In this document: one piece after another, positions 47,643-59,108 of the stretch
How the letters are laid out: the number at the start of each line of letters is the position of its first letter
Numbering within the stretch: the first letter of the stretch is position 1
Notes under the pieces: model-generated
Seen by the model: only the letters and a program-made list of their open reading frames with translations
What the model was told of the DNA's origin: nothing
The model's database searches: none
Translations under genes and position numbers: made by a program
Source of the DNA: Prochlorococcus sp. AG-363-N20
Lineage (GTDB): Bacteria > Cyanobacteriota > Cyanobacteriia > PCC-6307 > Cyanobiaceae
Assembly: GCA_003280105.1 (NCBI GenBank)
Contig: QCFX01000002.1
Span: 24,403-88,402, forward strand
Direction: 5' to 3'
DNA: 64,000 nucleotides

Positions 47643-48248
47643 ATGTCCCATACAAAATCATTAATTTTATTTGCCGAGACAATCTCTGGAAAGTTTAGCA
47701 ATGCAAAGCAATCCGAAACTTCACCTAGGGATTTTGCTCATATCAATATTTACTTTAGACCAATACCTTGGAAATTCTATTCAGGTCCTTGGCTTTATTC
47801 AGAACAAAGTTATGAGTTTGATCGCTGGAGTCCTTATAGGCAAGCAATTCATCATATAGCAATAGAGAAAGAGAAGATTGTGGTTAGAAACTATAAACTT
47901 TCAGACCCTATAAGACTAGCAGGGGCTGGATTTGAACCTATGCTTTTAAATGAGCTAAATAAACAAAATCTAATAGAGAGAAAAGGCTGTTCAATGTACT
48001 TCGTAGAAACAAAAGATGGCCATTATAAAGGTGAAATTGAGCCAGGCAGTTCTTGCTTAATTCCTTGGGGAGGGAAGATTAGCTATTTAAACAGCAAAGT
48101 AGAGTTCGATAGCTTTATATGGAAAAGCATAGATATCGGTTTTGATATAGAGACAAATAAAAAACTATGGGGATCTGATAAAGGAGCTTTAAGTTTTAGA
48201 AAAGTTCTATGTTTTCATGATGAGATAACAGGAAGTTGGAAGTTATAA
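47643..48248 (+). CDS. cpeT: CpcT/CpeT-family phycobilin lyase
   Basis: LFAETISGKFSNAKQSETSPRDFAHINIYFRPIPW...YSEQSYEFDRWSPYRQAI matches the T-type lyase family; 201 aa. Confidence 0.85.
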   Translation: MSHTKSLILFAETISGKFSNAKQSETSPRDFAHINIYFRPIPWKFYSGPWLYSEQSYEFDRWSPYRQAIHHIAIEKEKIVVRNYKLSDPIRLAGAGFEPMLLNELNKQNLIERKGCSMYFVETKDGHYKGEIEPGSSCLIPWGGKISYLNSKVEFDSFIWKSIDIGFDIETNKKLWGSDKGALSFRKVLCFHDEITGSWKL

Positions 48249-48256
48249 AAAATCAT

Positions 48257-49594
48257 CTATCTAGTTTTATTAATTTTATCTATCACAAAAGACGCTCTTG
48301 CGTTAACAAAAAGGTGGGTATCTATTTCATTAGATAATAGTTCGAAAATTTCTGGATCTAATGTCTTGCCATCAATGAAGTGATCTAAGCTCATGACAGC
48401 AGCATATCGACTAGCCCAAAACGGTGTCTTTGATTGACTTAAATAATCAGGAAGCCTTTGAAGGAAAATATCTGGCTGAAACTTCATAAGAGTGATTATC
48501 GCTGTTGGCTTAAATTTAATGAAGTCTGGCCATCTACTATCTAATGCGTTTAATGCGAACTCTATTATGCTTTGGTAAGAAGTTCTTGGCCAATCATCCT
48601 TTAAGTTAAATAAAAGAAGGAAAAAATAAATAGCTCCATAATCTCTACTAGCCCGATCAAGTATTCCATTTAATAGAGGGAAGAGAGTCGAGGCTTTTCT
48701 ACTCTTAAGTATTTCTATTGCGAGATAGGATCTATTAAAGTCAGTAGAGAATAATTCTTGCAAAAGCAAGCCATCTGAAGGTTCTGATTTATAAGGATTT
48801 AATAAGTTTAAGTGACTTGGAGAATCACTAATTACAGAATCAACTGTTGATATACATTTTAAAAAATTTGCCTGAACAAAATCAATTGTCCAAAGTGAGT
48901 TTAATGCCTTCAATCGGAAAGAAGGCGCTACGGGTGATTTTAAGACTGATTCAACTAGAGAATATTCCTGTGCATCTATTACATCTTGAACAGCGCATTG
49001 TCTTGCATTTTGATTATCTAAAAAAAGAAATTTTTTTAGATCAAGAATATATTCTTTTGAACCAGATAAATTTGCAATCGCAGCAATGCAGGCTCCTCTA
49101 ACAAAGCTATTTTCTGATGGGTCATCAAGGATATGTCTTATCTTTGACAGTTCTGAAATCGCATCCATTTTGGATAAGCACTGAATTAAAACCCTTTTGT
49201 TATCGGCAAAAGTATCTAATAAAGAAGAGACTTCTTTAATTAAAGAAAGATCCTTGCATTCAAGTTCAGCCAAAGCCCAAACAGCATTTTCCACTAAGTA
49301 ATTATCACTGCTTCGCAGGCATTTTCTTATTGAAGGTATCGCTCTTTTACAAGAAAATCGACCCAATACTTCCACTGCTTTTCTTCTCGCAATTCTTATA
49401 CATTCTTGATTTGAGTCAGACTCAACAATCTTTAAAAGTGCATTTTCCGCCTCTTCTCCAGGATACTTAGCTAAGTGAAAAACTGCCTTATAATAATCAC
49501 TTGCTAAATTCAGCTGACTAGCAGGCTTTTTAAGAATCCCCAATGCCTCCTGTTTGCTCATGTAAGGAAGATTGTCAAAGCGGCCTATTGTCAC
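48257..49594 (-). CDS. cpeY: HEAT-repeat phycoerythrobilin lyase subunit CpeY
   Basis: 445 aa with an RFDNLP...QEALGIL N-terminus and repeated E/F-type HEAT-like lyase repeats (RRKAVEVLG, VENAVWALAE). GTG start. Confidence 0.78.
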   Translation of the reverse strand: MTIGRFDNLPYMSKQEALGILKKPASQLNLASDYYKAVFHLAKYPGEEAENALLKIVESDSNQECIRIARRKAVEVLGRFSCKRAIPSIRKCLRSSDNYLVENAVWALAELECKDLSLIKEVSSLLDTFADNKRVLIQCLSKMDAISELSKIRHILDDPSENSFVRGACIAAIANLSGSKEYILDLKKFLFLDNQNARQCAVQDVIDAQEYSLVESVLKSPVAPSFRLKALNSLWTIDFVQANFLKCISTVDSVISDSPSHLNLLNPYKSEPSDGLLLQELFSTDFNRSYLAIEILKSRKASTLFPLLNGILDRASRDYGAIYFFLLLFNLKDDWPRTSYQSIIEFALNALDSRWPDFIKFKPTAIITLMKFQPDIFLQRLPDYLSQSKTPFWASRYAAVMSLDHFIDGKTLDPEIFELLSNEIDTHLFVNARASFVIDKINKTR

Positions 49595-49826
49595 GGTAAT
49601 AGGAACAAGTGTTTCCTCTAAAAGTAAAGTAAATCTGCTAACGGCAGTATAATAGCAACAAGAGTTTGCCTTTAAAAAATACTTGCAATGTTAGAAATGC
49701 TTAAGAAAAGTTGCTTTTTCAAACTATTTAAATTCAATACCCTCATTGGGTAAAAATTTCGTTTTTATCTTCTGCTAAATTCTCAGCAGATTCGCTATCC
49801 ATAAGGATAGGAAATAAACTCATAGA

Positions 49827-50753
49827 GTGATTAGTTTGACTCAATACTCTCAAAACCGAATAGTAAAAGAGGCTATAAAGCTTAGTGAAGAAGAAGCATT
49901 TAAACTTGCCGAAGAATTAAAAGCACAGTTACAGAGCAATCAATTTCCCGAAATGGGAAAAGCGAAAATCCAACTAATAATTGCAGGACTAGGTGATCAG
50001 CGAGGCCTTCTAAGGCGAACATTCACTGAAAGTCTTGGGAAAGTAGGACCATCTGCCACCCCACTCCTCAAAGATGCTCTTCTCTATCACTCAAATGTGA
50101 CTGTAAGGCGCGCAGCAGCCAAAGCTCTTAGGCTTGTTGGGGATCAGGATGCATTGCCTGCTCTTTTGCATGCATTGATTAATGATAAAGATCCCGTAGT
50201 ACAAGGTTCATCTGTTGGTGCAATGGCTGCTTTAGGGCCAAAAGCTCTTGATCATCTTTTTAAAGTATTAATCAACCCCAAAAACAATGCTATGCAATGT
50301 GGATTGGCAAGTTGGGGGATTTCCATGATTGGAGCAGAGGCACCTGATGCAATTCGAAGAGCAGCTCAATCTTCAAATGAGTTAATTCGCGCTTCTGCAA
50401 TTTCTACTCTTGGTGAACAAATTCAATATGATAAAAATGAAGAAGCAAAACAACTAGTCATAGAGGCATTAGAAGACAAAGCAATAGAAGTGAGAATAGA
50501 AGCAACAGTTTTGCTAGGAAAATTTCCCGATGAAATATGGGCATACCAACTCCTGATTAAACGGTTAACTGACAGTAATGAAGAAATCAGAAAGAAAGCC
50601 GCAATATCTTTAATGCAAATCAAAGCATTCAAATCAATTGATTCTATTGAAAGATGTATTCAAGAAGAGAATGACAAGAGTGTTAGAAAGATACTTCAAT
50701 TAGCATTATTTCAGCTAAGAAAAAGCGAGGAAGTTCACCAGGCTAGAAATTAA
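49827..50753 (+). CDS. HEAT-repeat E/F-type bilin lyase homologue (CpeF/MpeU/MpeV-like; called mpeX in Prochlorococcus literature)
   Basis: 308 aa of repeated VRRAAAKALRLVGD / IRASAISTLGE / VRIEATVLLGK HEAT-like lyase repeats. GTG start. Confidence 0.7.
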   Translation: MISLTQYSQNRIVKEAIKLSEEEAFKLAEELKAQLQSNQFPEMGKAKIQLIIAGLGDQRGLLRRTFTESLGKVGPSATPLLKDALLYHSNVTVRRAAAKALRLVGDQDALPALLHALINDKDPVVQGSSVGAMAALGPKALDHLFKVLINPKNNAMQCGLASWGISMIGAEAPDAIRRAAQSSNELIRASAISTLGEQIQYDKNEEAKQLVIEALEDKAIEVRIEATVLLGKFPDEIWAYQLLIKRLTDSNEEIRKKAAISLMQIKAFKSIDSIERCIQEENDKSVRKILQLALFQLRKSEEVHQARN

Positions 50754-50759
50754 GTCTTA

Positions 50760-51365
50760 TTATTCTTCCACAAACTCTAATATGCTCAAACGAATTAATT
50801 GGTCCAATTGATTATCCAAAAGTAATTCTTTAAAACTATCTCTAATCCAAGGAGAGTTCATTTCTCCTAGAGCAGTAATTGAGGCTTTGGCCTTTAAAAT
50901 ATCATTGCCCTTTGCTAGTTCAAGAAGAATAGGTATTGCATCTTCCCCTATCTGTCTTAAAAGCGATATTACAGTAAGAATAACTTCAGGGGCATCCTCT
51001 TGAAGGGCAATATCAATGACATCAAATACTTTACAAGGGAAAGTAGAATTTTTCTTTGCTGCCGCCATCCTAACTAACACCTTTAGACAGGAAGTGCGAA
51101 CTGTTCTTGTTTCAAATGTAAAAAATGTTTTAAAGACTGCATCAAGAGCGCAGTCATCAAAGGCAGCCAAAGCCTTAATCGATTTTCTTCTCAGATCTAC
51201 TTCTAAGCTTTCTTTCTGTAAATTCCTTATCAACCTTTCTATGGAAGGTTCAGGCCAATAATGAACCATCTCCTGAATAGCTTGCTTATTAATATTAGGG
51301 TTTGGATGCTCTAAGTCTTTAAATAGTTTCTCGATAGAAGGCTTGTTATTTAACTGTTCCTTCAT
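50760..51365 (-). CDS. cpeZ: HEAT-repeat phycoerythrobilin lyase subunit CpeZ
   Basis: 201 aa with HEAT-like repeats (LRRKSIKALAAF, RTSCLKVLVRM), immediately downstream of cpeBA. Confidence 0.75.
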   Translation of the reverse strand: MKEQLNNKPSIEKLFKDLEHPNPNINKQAIQEMVHYWPEPSIERLIRNLQKESLEVDLRRKSIKALAAFDDCALDAVFKTFFTFETRTVRTSCLKVLVRMAAAKKNSTFPCKVFDVIDIALQEDAPEVILTVISLLRQIGEDAIPILLELAKGNDILKAKASITALGEMNSPWIRDSFKELLLDNQLDQLIRLSILEFVEE

Positions 51366-51450
51366 ATGAAATAGTGACCATTAAAATCCTTATAAGTTAA
51401 GAGGCTAGTAAATACTTTTAGAAAAGCTAAAAGAGTGCCTTCGGGCCCGT

Positions 51451-51924
<474 letters not shown>

Positions 51925-51972
51925 CTACCTCTTAAAAAGTGAGATTGGGGCAATAAAGGGTTGGTTTAAGAA

Positions 51973-52716
<744 letters not shown>

Positions 52717-52835
52717 CTATGGAAAAAGTTAACGGTCTTTCCTTCTTTAGTTGGCAGGTAGGTATGTAGCTTTAGTTGTTGTTTTGCAGGACCAAATTAA
52801 TTACTGAGCTATTGTACTAAGAAATCAAAAAATCA

Positions 52836-53045
52836 ATGTCGGATCCGACAAAAAGCGAGCTTAATGAATCAATTGAATTACTTTCTGCTTATAGCGATCG
52901 ACTAAAAAAAGAAGTCACTTCAATAGCTCAAAAGCTACAATTACCCCCAAATAGACTCAAAGCAATTCTCGAAGAACATTCAGAATTAAAAAGTATAAAA
53001 GAATTATTAGTAAAGCTAACGAAGCAAAGGGACTTGCAAGTCTAA
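52836..53045 (+). CDS. Hypothetical 69-aa helical protein divergent from cpeB
   Basis: ATG ORF with coiled-coil-like heptads (LKKEVTSIAQKLQL...IKELLVKLTK), followed by two hairpins. Confidence 0.4.
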   Translation: MSDPTKSELNESIELLSAYSDRLKKEVTSIAQKLQLPPNRLKAILEEHSELKSIKELLVKLTKQRDLQV

Positions 53046-53074
53046 GGCACGAAAAAATCGAGTCTTTTTGCTAC

Positions 53075-53107
53075 AATTTTATAGAAGATCTAGTCTTCTA
53101 TAAAATT
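53075..53107 (+). repeat. Perfect 14-bp inverted repeat (AATTTTATAGAAGA-TCTAG-TCTTCTATAAAATT)
   Basis: Read directly, 30 nt after the stop of the 69-aa ORF. Confidence 0.9.
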
Positions 53108-53152
53108 AAAAGTTCAGTTACAAGAAGGGTGTTCATAAGATAATCATTATAT

Positions 53153-53173
53153 GCAGATAGTAATCTGCTTTTT
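53153..53173 (+). terminator. Small hairpin plus T5 (GCAGAT-AGTA-ATCTGC-TTTTT)
   Basis: Read directly. The stem is weak (6 bp), so terminator function is tentative. Confidence 0.4.
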
Positions 53174-53388
53174 CCCTAACCCAATAAACCAGTGCATAAA
53201 TCTGTCATAATCATAAGTCTTAGAGCTTTCTGAGTTTTGGCCAAAAATAACTATGGTGATTAGCTAATTTCTTTATGAGTTAAGGCTGTTTTATAGGCAT
53301 AACTCCTGCAATCGGTTTTAAGACTGGCTCTCCAATAAGGAAATATGCCTCTTCTAGACATAAATTCAAAACAGTGCTCGGGGCTTGA

Positions 53389-55221
53389 GTGCCACTTCTC
53401 AGGGGCAAAACGGTTCAAAGGCTTAGACGCTTGTTGCGGGTAATCCCTAGCAAACGCGTTAAATCTTTCTGTGCAACAATCCCACTTTCTGCTTGTAATG
53501 GGCTTCTTGATCTTGGGACTGTTGCGGTGGCAGGGAGACTCGCTGGCAGTCTAGTTGGTAAAAACCTGAACGATTCGATTCCAGGAGTCCAAGTTTTCAG
53601 AGGAAGCCAAGCAGATCAAGTTCTAATCTTGGTTCTTTTATTAGTAATACTTAGCTGGTTATCTTCTTCAACAAAGCTGATTCTTAGGGTTACCCAGGAG
53701 AGGCTAAACGCTCAAGTTTGGCGCGATATGTCAGATAGAATTTTAGGAAGAATAGTAGGCCAGCCTTATGAATACTTTCTTACCGCAAAAAGTTCTGCTA
53801 TATCTGCACAAATAATGGCAAATATGCAGAAATTTTCAGAGCTTATAATTTATCCAATACTTCTAATAACTTCTAGCTCTATTTTAATAATTTTCTTGGC
53901 AATTGCCTTATGTCTAACTCTTGGGATTAATGGTCTAATACTTTTAGCTCTTCTTGGGATAGCTTTTCTTGGCATTTCATCTCTAGTTGTTCCTTATTTG
54001 CGCCATGCATCTAATCAAAGGGTAAGGCTAGACGTTCTTGCAAATTCTTTATTAAATCAAATTTTCTATTCGATAAGAGACATCCATCTCACACAGACAG
54101 GTAGTCATTTTGAGTCAAGATTTATTAAAGCCGGACAATCAGCCAAATCCTTTGAATGGATGTCAAGGCTTTTACCTGATATCCCAAGATTAGTAATTGA
54201 ACCACTTGCAATTACTTTGATTTTTGCTGTTGCATTAATACCAAAGTTAGGGAGCTCAGGTTCTCAAGAAATTGCAATTACCTTAATACCTTTTGTCTCC
54301 ACGTTCATAGTTGCTTCTGTGAAGCTAACACCTCCTTTACAGGACCTTTTCAGATCGATAACTCAATTAAGAGGTGCATTACCCCAAGTAGATTCTGCAC
54401 TGGATTACTTAGAGCTTCCAAAGCCCAAAAGAGCATTTATTTCTAACAAAGGTCCTTCTCCTGATGGGATTTTCCCAAGACGAGAAATTTCTCTATACAA
54501 GGTGGGCTATAGGTACCCAGATTCTGAGCAAGCAGCACTTAGGTCTATTTCAATTAATATTCCCGTTGGCTCTAGAGTAGCCTTAATGGGTCCAACCGGA
54601 AGTGGGAAAACAACTCTCTCTAGCATACTGCTCTCGCATCTAGAACCCACTACAGGTCAAATCAGATTAGATGGAATTCCACTAGCAGAATCAGATATTT
54701 CAGCATGGCAAAGATGCTGTTCAGAAGTTCCACAAAATATCAGTTTGCTTGATGGAAGTATTCTAGAGAATATCGCATTTGGCCGACCTGAAGAGGAAAT
54801 AAATTATGATGAAGTATGGGATGCAATTACAGCTGCTCAGTTATATGAAACTATTACTGATATGCCTCATGGGCTATATACATGTATAGGGGAAAATGGG
54901 GTTAATTTCTCTGGTGGTCAAAGACAAAGGCTTGCACTTGCGAGAGCATTTTACAGAAAGACAAGGTTCTTAATTCTTGACGAGGCCACAAGCTCCTTGG
55001 ATGAGAAAACTGAGGCGGATGTAATTAACTCTTTAGAAATTATTGGCAGAAGGTGTACAACAGTTGTAATCGCACATAGGCTCAATACACTTTCGAAATG
55101 TGATCAAATCTATGAGATTAAAGATGGGCTTGTTGCGTCATACGGTACCTATATGGATCTCTGTGATCCTTCTCATCCATTAGGAACTAGCGTTAAAGGC
55201 TCAAAGGATGTGGTTATATAA
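53389..55221 (+). CDS. ABC half-transporter (TMD-NBD) exporter
   Basis: Walker A GPTGSGKTT, signature FSGGQRQRLALARAF and Walker B FLILDEATSSLD, with an N-terminal 6-TM domain. GTG start in the track, so the true start is uncertain. Confidence 0.85.
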   Translation: MPLLRGKTVQRLRRLLRVIPSKRVKSFCATIPLSACNGLLDLGTVAVAGRLAGSLVGKNLNDSIPGVQVFRGSQADQVLILVLLLVILSWLSSSTKLILRVTQERLNAQVWRDMSDRILGRIVGQPYEYFLTAKSSAISAQIMANMQKFSELIIYPILLITSSSILIIFLAIALCLTLGINGLILLALLGIAFLGISSLVVPYLRHASNQRVRLDVLANSLLNQIFYSIRDIHLTQTGSHFESRFIKAGQSAKSFEWMSRLLPDIPRLVIEPLAITLIFAVALIPKLGSSGSQEIAITLIPFVSTFIVASVKLTPPLQDLFRSITQLRGALPQVDSALDYLELPKPKRAFISNKGPSPDGIFPRREISLYKVGYRYPDSEQAALRSISINIPVGSRVALMGPTGSGKTTLSSILLSHLEPTTGQIRLDGIPLAESDISAWQRCCSEVPQNISLLDGSILENIAFGRPEEEINYDEVWDAITAAQLYETITDMPHGLYTCIGENGVNFSGGQRQRLALARAFYRKTRFLILDEATSSLDEKTEADVINSLEIIGRRCTTVVIAHRLNTLSKCDQIYEIKDGLVASYGTYMDLCDPSHPLGTSVKGSKDVVI

Positions 55222-55330
55222 ATTCTGTATATTGAACTACAAAGAACCGATCTTAAGAAGTTTTCATAAGGTTTCTTTGTTTAAACTGCTCAAAGAATTT
55301 CTTCAAATTAAAGGTCAAGTGGAGACTTAA

Positions 55331-57754
55331 ATGGATAATAACAAGAATTCCTTTTTAGATGGCTTAAATGAAGCTCAAAGCCTAGCAGTTAATCATCATA
55401 CAGGCCCTTTACTTGTTGTCGCAGGAGCAGGTAGCGGTAAAACTAGAGCCCTAACTTATCGCATAGCTAATTTAATTGCAGTAAAAAAAGTTGACCCTGG
55501 AGAAATACTTGCTGTAACTTTTACGAATAAAGCCGCTCTGGAGATGAAAGAAAGGCTTGAAATATTAATGGCGGATATTCTTTCTATAAGCCAATTTGGT
55601 CAACCATGGAAGACACTCCCATTTGTTGAACAAAGACAATTAAGAAAAAGAATATATGAGAATATAACAAAAGAGCTTTGGATTGGAACTTTCCATGCAC
55701 TTTTTGCAAGGCTACTTAGATTTGATATTGAGAAATTCAAAGACCCTGAAGGTCTGAGATGGACAAAACAATTTTCAATTTATGACGAATCAGATGCGCA
55801 AACACTGATCAAAGAAATAATCACTCAGGATCTTCAAATGGATCCAAAGAGATTTGAGCCAAAAAAAGTAAGGTGGGCTATCAGTAATGCTAAAAATCAA
55901 GGACTTCTGCCAAAAGATCTGGAGGAGAATGCTGAAGGTCAACGGGGGAAATTAATTGGGCAAGTTTATCAACTGTACAGAAAATCTTTAGCTGCTAATA
56001 ATGCCTTAGATTTTGACGACTTGCTTTTATTTCCAGTTCAATTATTACAACAAAATCAAGATGTAAGGTCATATTGGCATAAAAGATTTAGACATATACT
56101 AGTAGATGAATATCAAGATACAAATTGGACGCAATATGAATTACTTAAACTGCTTATAACTAATGGCATTAATCCTGTATCTTTTAATGATTGGGATAAT
56201 AGATCTATATTTGTAGTTGGAGATGCAGATCAGAGTATATATAGTTTCAGGGCAGCTGATTTTAGAATATTAATGGGCTTCCAAAAAGATTTTGGAGACA
56301 AAGGAAGGGAAGACAATACTTCAACAATGGTGAAGCTTGAAGAAAACTATAGATCTACATCTAATATTCTTGAGGCAGCTAATTCCTTGATTTCTAACAA
56401 CACTGAGAGAATAGAAAAGGTTTTACTAGCAACAAGAAGTGAAGGAGAGTTAATTACCCTAACTAGATGTGATGATGAAATCCATGAAGCAGAAGCTTTG
56501 GTCCTTCGCATGAGAAAACTTGAAGCAGAAAATGAAAGTTTAAATTGGCGAGATATAGCTGTTCTATATAGAACAAATGCGCAATCTAGAGCTATCGAAG
56601 AATCATTGGTCAGATGGGGAGTTCCATATGTAGTTGTTGGAGGCCTTCGCTTCTATGATAGGCGAGAGATAAAAGATGTTTTAGCATATTTGCGCTTATT
56701 AATTAATCCTTCAGATAGTGTTAGTCTGCTAAGAATTTTAAACGTTCCTAAGCGCGGAATAGGTAAAACAACTATACAAAGAATTTCTGATGCTTCCACC
56801 CAGCTGGGAATTCCTTTATGGGATTTAATTTCTGACGAAGAAGCTGTGCGTTCTCTTGGAGGAAGATCTGCCAAAGGCCTGATTCAATTTTGCGAACTAA
56901 TTAATCTTTTAATGCGTAATTTAAACACCTCTAAACCTTCAGAGTTAATACAATTAATTTTAGAAAAAAGTGGATATCTTAGTCATCTCATTGCTAATGC
57001 AACAGATGAATCAGAAGAAAGAAGAAGAAACCTACAAGAACTGGTTAATGCAGCACTTCAATTTGAGGAGGAAAGTGAAGACTTCAACGTTGAAACTTTT
57101 CTCGCCTCAGCAGCTTTAGCAAGTGATGCTGACTCAAAAGACACCGCTTCAGATCGAATAACACTTATGACATTGCACAGCAGTAAAGGCTTGGAATTTC
57201 CTGTTGTATGGCTTGTTGGTATGGAGCAAGGACTATTCCCAAGCTATCGATCCTTAGATACGCCGGCTTCTCTTGAGGAGGAAAGGAGGCTTTGCTATGT
57301 AGGTCTAACCAGAGCAAAAGAAAGGTTATATCTATCTCACGCTAATGAACGTCGCATGTGGGGAGGAATGCGCGAGCCTGCTTTACCATCTCTATTCCTA
57401 TCAGAAATCCCTGAAAACCTTTTGCAAGGTGATATCGGATTAATAAGTGGTGCCGCTTTAAGACGTGAAAAGCGGCTTGATCGACTGACAAGGCTAGACC
57501 GCAATTCAACTAATAGATCGCTCAACTCATTCAATATCGCAAGTAATGCTGTCAGAAAAAAACATTCTGGGCCAACTCCAGGAAAAAGCTGGAAAGTAGG
57601 AGATAAATTAATACATTCAAACTTTGGTTTGGGAGAAATAACTCATACATTTGGCTCTGGTGAAAAGATATCCATAGCTGTTAAATTTGCTGGCATGGGT
57701 CCCAAGATTCTTGATCCAAGACTTGCCCCTATAGAGCCATTAGGAAAAGATTGA
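55331..57754 (+). CDS. pcrA: ATP-dependent DNA helicase, UvrD/PcrA/Rep family
   Basis: LNEAQSLAV, AGAGSGKTRALTYR (motif I), VDEYQDTN (motif II), FVVGDADQSIYSFRAA and LHSSKGLEFPVV; 807 aa. Confidence 0.92.
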   Translation: MDNNKNSFLDGLNEAQSLAVNHHTGPLLVVAGAGSGKTRALTYRIANLIAVKKVDPGEILAVTFTNKAALEMKERLEILMADILSISQFGQPWKTLPFVEQRQLRKRIYENITKELWIGTFHALFARLLRFDIEKFKDPEGLRWTKQFSIYDESDAQTLIKEIITQDLQMDPKRFEPKKVRWAISNAKNQGLLPKDLEENAEGQRGKLIGQVYQLYRKSLAANNALDFDDLLLFPVQLLQQNQDVRSYWHKRFRHILVDEYQDTNWTQYELLKLLITNGINPVSFNDWDNRSIFVVGDADQSIYSFRAADFRILMGFQKDFGDKGREDNTSTMVKLEENYRSTSNILEAANSLISNNTERIEKVLLATRSEGELITLTRCDDEIHEAEALVLRMRKLEAENESLNWRDIAVLYRTNAQSRAIEESLVRWGVPYVVVGGLRFYDRREIKDVLAYLRLLINPSDSVSLLRILNVPKRGIGKTTIQRISDASTQLGIPLWDLISDEEAVRSLGGRSAKGLIQFCELINLLMRNLNTSKPSELIQLILEKSGYLSHLIANATDESEERRRNLQELVNAALQFEEESEDFNVETFLASAALASDADSKDTASDRITLMTLHSSKGLEFPVVWLVGMEQGLFPSYRSLDTPASLEEERRLCYVGLTRAKERLYLSHANERRMWGGMREPALPSLFLSEIPENLLQGDIGLISGAALRREKRLDRLTRLDRNSTNRSLNSFNIASNAVRKKHSGPTPGKSWKVGDKLIHSNFGLGEITHTFGSGEKISIAVKFAGMGPKILDPRLAPIEPLGKD

Positions 57755-57803
57755 ATAACTCCCCAAGCTACTCATGATATTAAATTAATTCCTATACATA
57801 AAA

Positions 57804-59072
57804 ATGGGTCAAAAAATTCCTAAAAAACATCCAATTGATTTAATTGGTAGCCAAACAGATTTACTAATAGAAATTAATTCTATTGCCACAAAAATAGGCA
57901 TACACAGAGTTGCAATAGTTGGGGGATTAGTTAGAGATAATCTTATTAGCCATTCAAAGCAAAAAGAATATTCTTATCCAAAAGATATAGACCTAATTAT
58001 AGAAGGTGGAGAAGATTCGATAACCAGTCTAGCTAAAGCACTGGAGGAGAATATGGGTAGTGAGAGGATACAAGATATTCATATATATAATGCTTTTAGA
58101 ACTTTAGATATGAAGATAGATGGAATTTCAGTTGATATCGCAACTGCAAGAAAAGAAATTTATCTAGAGCCAGGTGCTAATCCCATAATCACACCAAGCA
58201 TAATAGAAGATGATTTAAAAAGAAGAGACTTTACTGTAAATTCTATCGCACTTGAACTACCAGGTTCAGAGCCAAATGATCCATTCAATGGAAGAAATGA
58301 CCTAGCCAAAAAGGAGTTGTCTTTATTGCATGATAAAAGCATTGAAGATGATCCTACAAGAATAATCAGAGCAGCACGTTATTCAGCAAGGTTGGACTTT
58401 ACATTAAATGGCAAAACCTTAGACCAAATTAAATCAACTTTAATAAAATGGCCCTGGAAATGGTTTCATGGAGACAGATTATCCTTATGCCCTCCAGCAC
58501 TATCAACACGTTTAAGATTGGAATTAGAGTTACTATTTTCTGAAGAATCTTTTGAATTAGCACTTGAGAGGCTTCAATCTTGGGGAGGGTTCAATTTATT
58601 TGACAGAAACCTTCAAAATGATTACAACTGGAAGCTTCGCCTTAAGTGGGCATCAAGACTAAATCTCAGTCTATTAACAGCATTTTTAGCAGGTTCTAGG
58701 GATGCAATGATGATTGCCAAGAGATTACAAATTCCACTTAAACAACAAGAGTTGCTACTTGAAAGCAATGAAGTGCAAAGAATCCTTTCTGAGATTACTT
58801 TTGAAGAAAAATTTAATGAATGGGCTCCTTCCAGGTGGACTAATGAAATAGAAAGTAGGTTTTGGGAGGAAGATTCAGTTGCATTAGCAATATGCAACGA
58901 CAGTATATTCTCTGGTCAATTATTTAGTTGGTACGACAAGTGGCGGCATGTAAAGTCACCTATCTCAGCCAATGATCTAATCAAAAATGGATTAGAGCCA
59001 GGACCTAAGTTAGGAGAGGCTTTAAAAAGTTTAAGGCTGGATGAAATGGACAAAAAATACTTTAATTCCTAA
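57804..59072 (+). CDS. Poly(A) polymerase / tRNA nucleotidyltransferase (CCA-adding) family protein
   Basis: VAIVGGLVRDNL...KDIDLIIEG head-domain motif, RRDFTVNSIA and DPTRIIRAARY motifs; 422 aa. Confidence 0.75.
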   Translation: MGQKIPKKHPIDLIGSQTDLLIEINSIATKIGIHRVAIVGGLVRDNLISHSKQKEYSYPKDIDLIIEGGEDSITSLAKALEENMGSERIQDIHIYNAFRTLDMKIDGISVDIATARKEIYLEPGANPIITPSIIEDDLKRRDFTVNSIALELPGSEPNDPFNGRNDLAKKELSLLHDKSIEDDPTRIIRAARYSARLDFTLNGKTLDQIKSTLIKWPWKWFHGDRLSLCPPALSTRLRLELELLFSEESFELALERLQSWGGFNLFDRNLQNDYNWKLRLKWASRLNLSLLTAFLAGSRDAMMIAKRLQIPLKQQELLLESNEVQRILSEITFEEKFNEWAPSRWTNEIESRFWEEDSVALAICNDSIFSGQLFSWYDKWRHVKSPISANDLIKNGLEPGPKLGEALKSLRLDEMDKKYFNS

Positions 59073-59108
59073 GTATTTTGAAAGTAAAATTTGACAGTGT
59101 GCTCAGAA

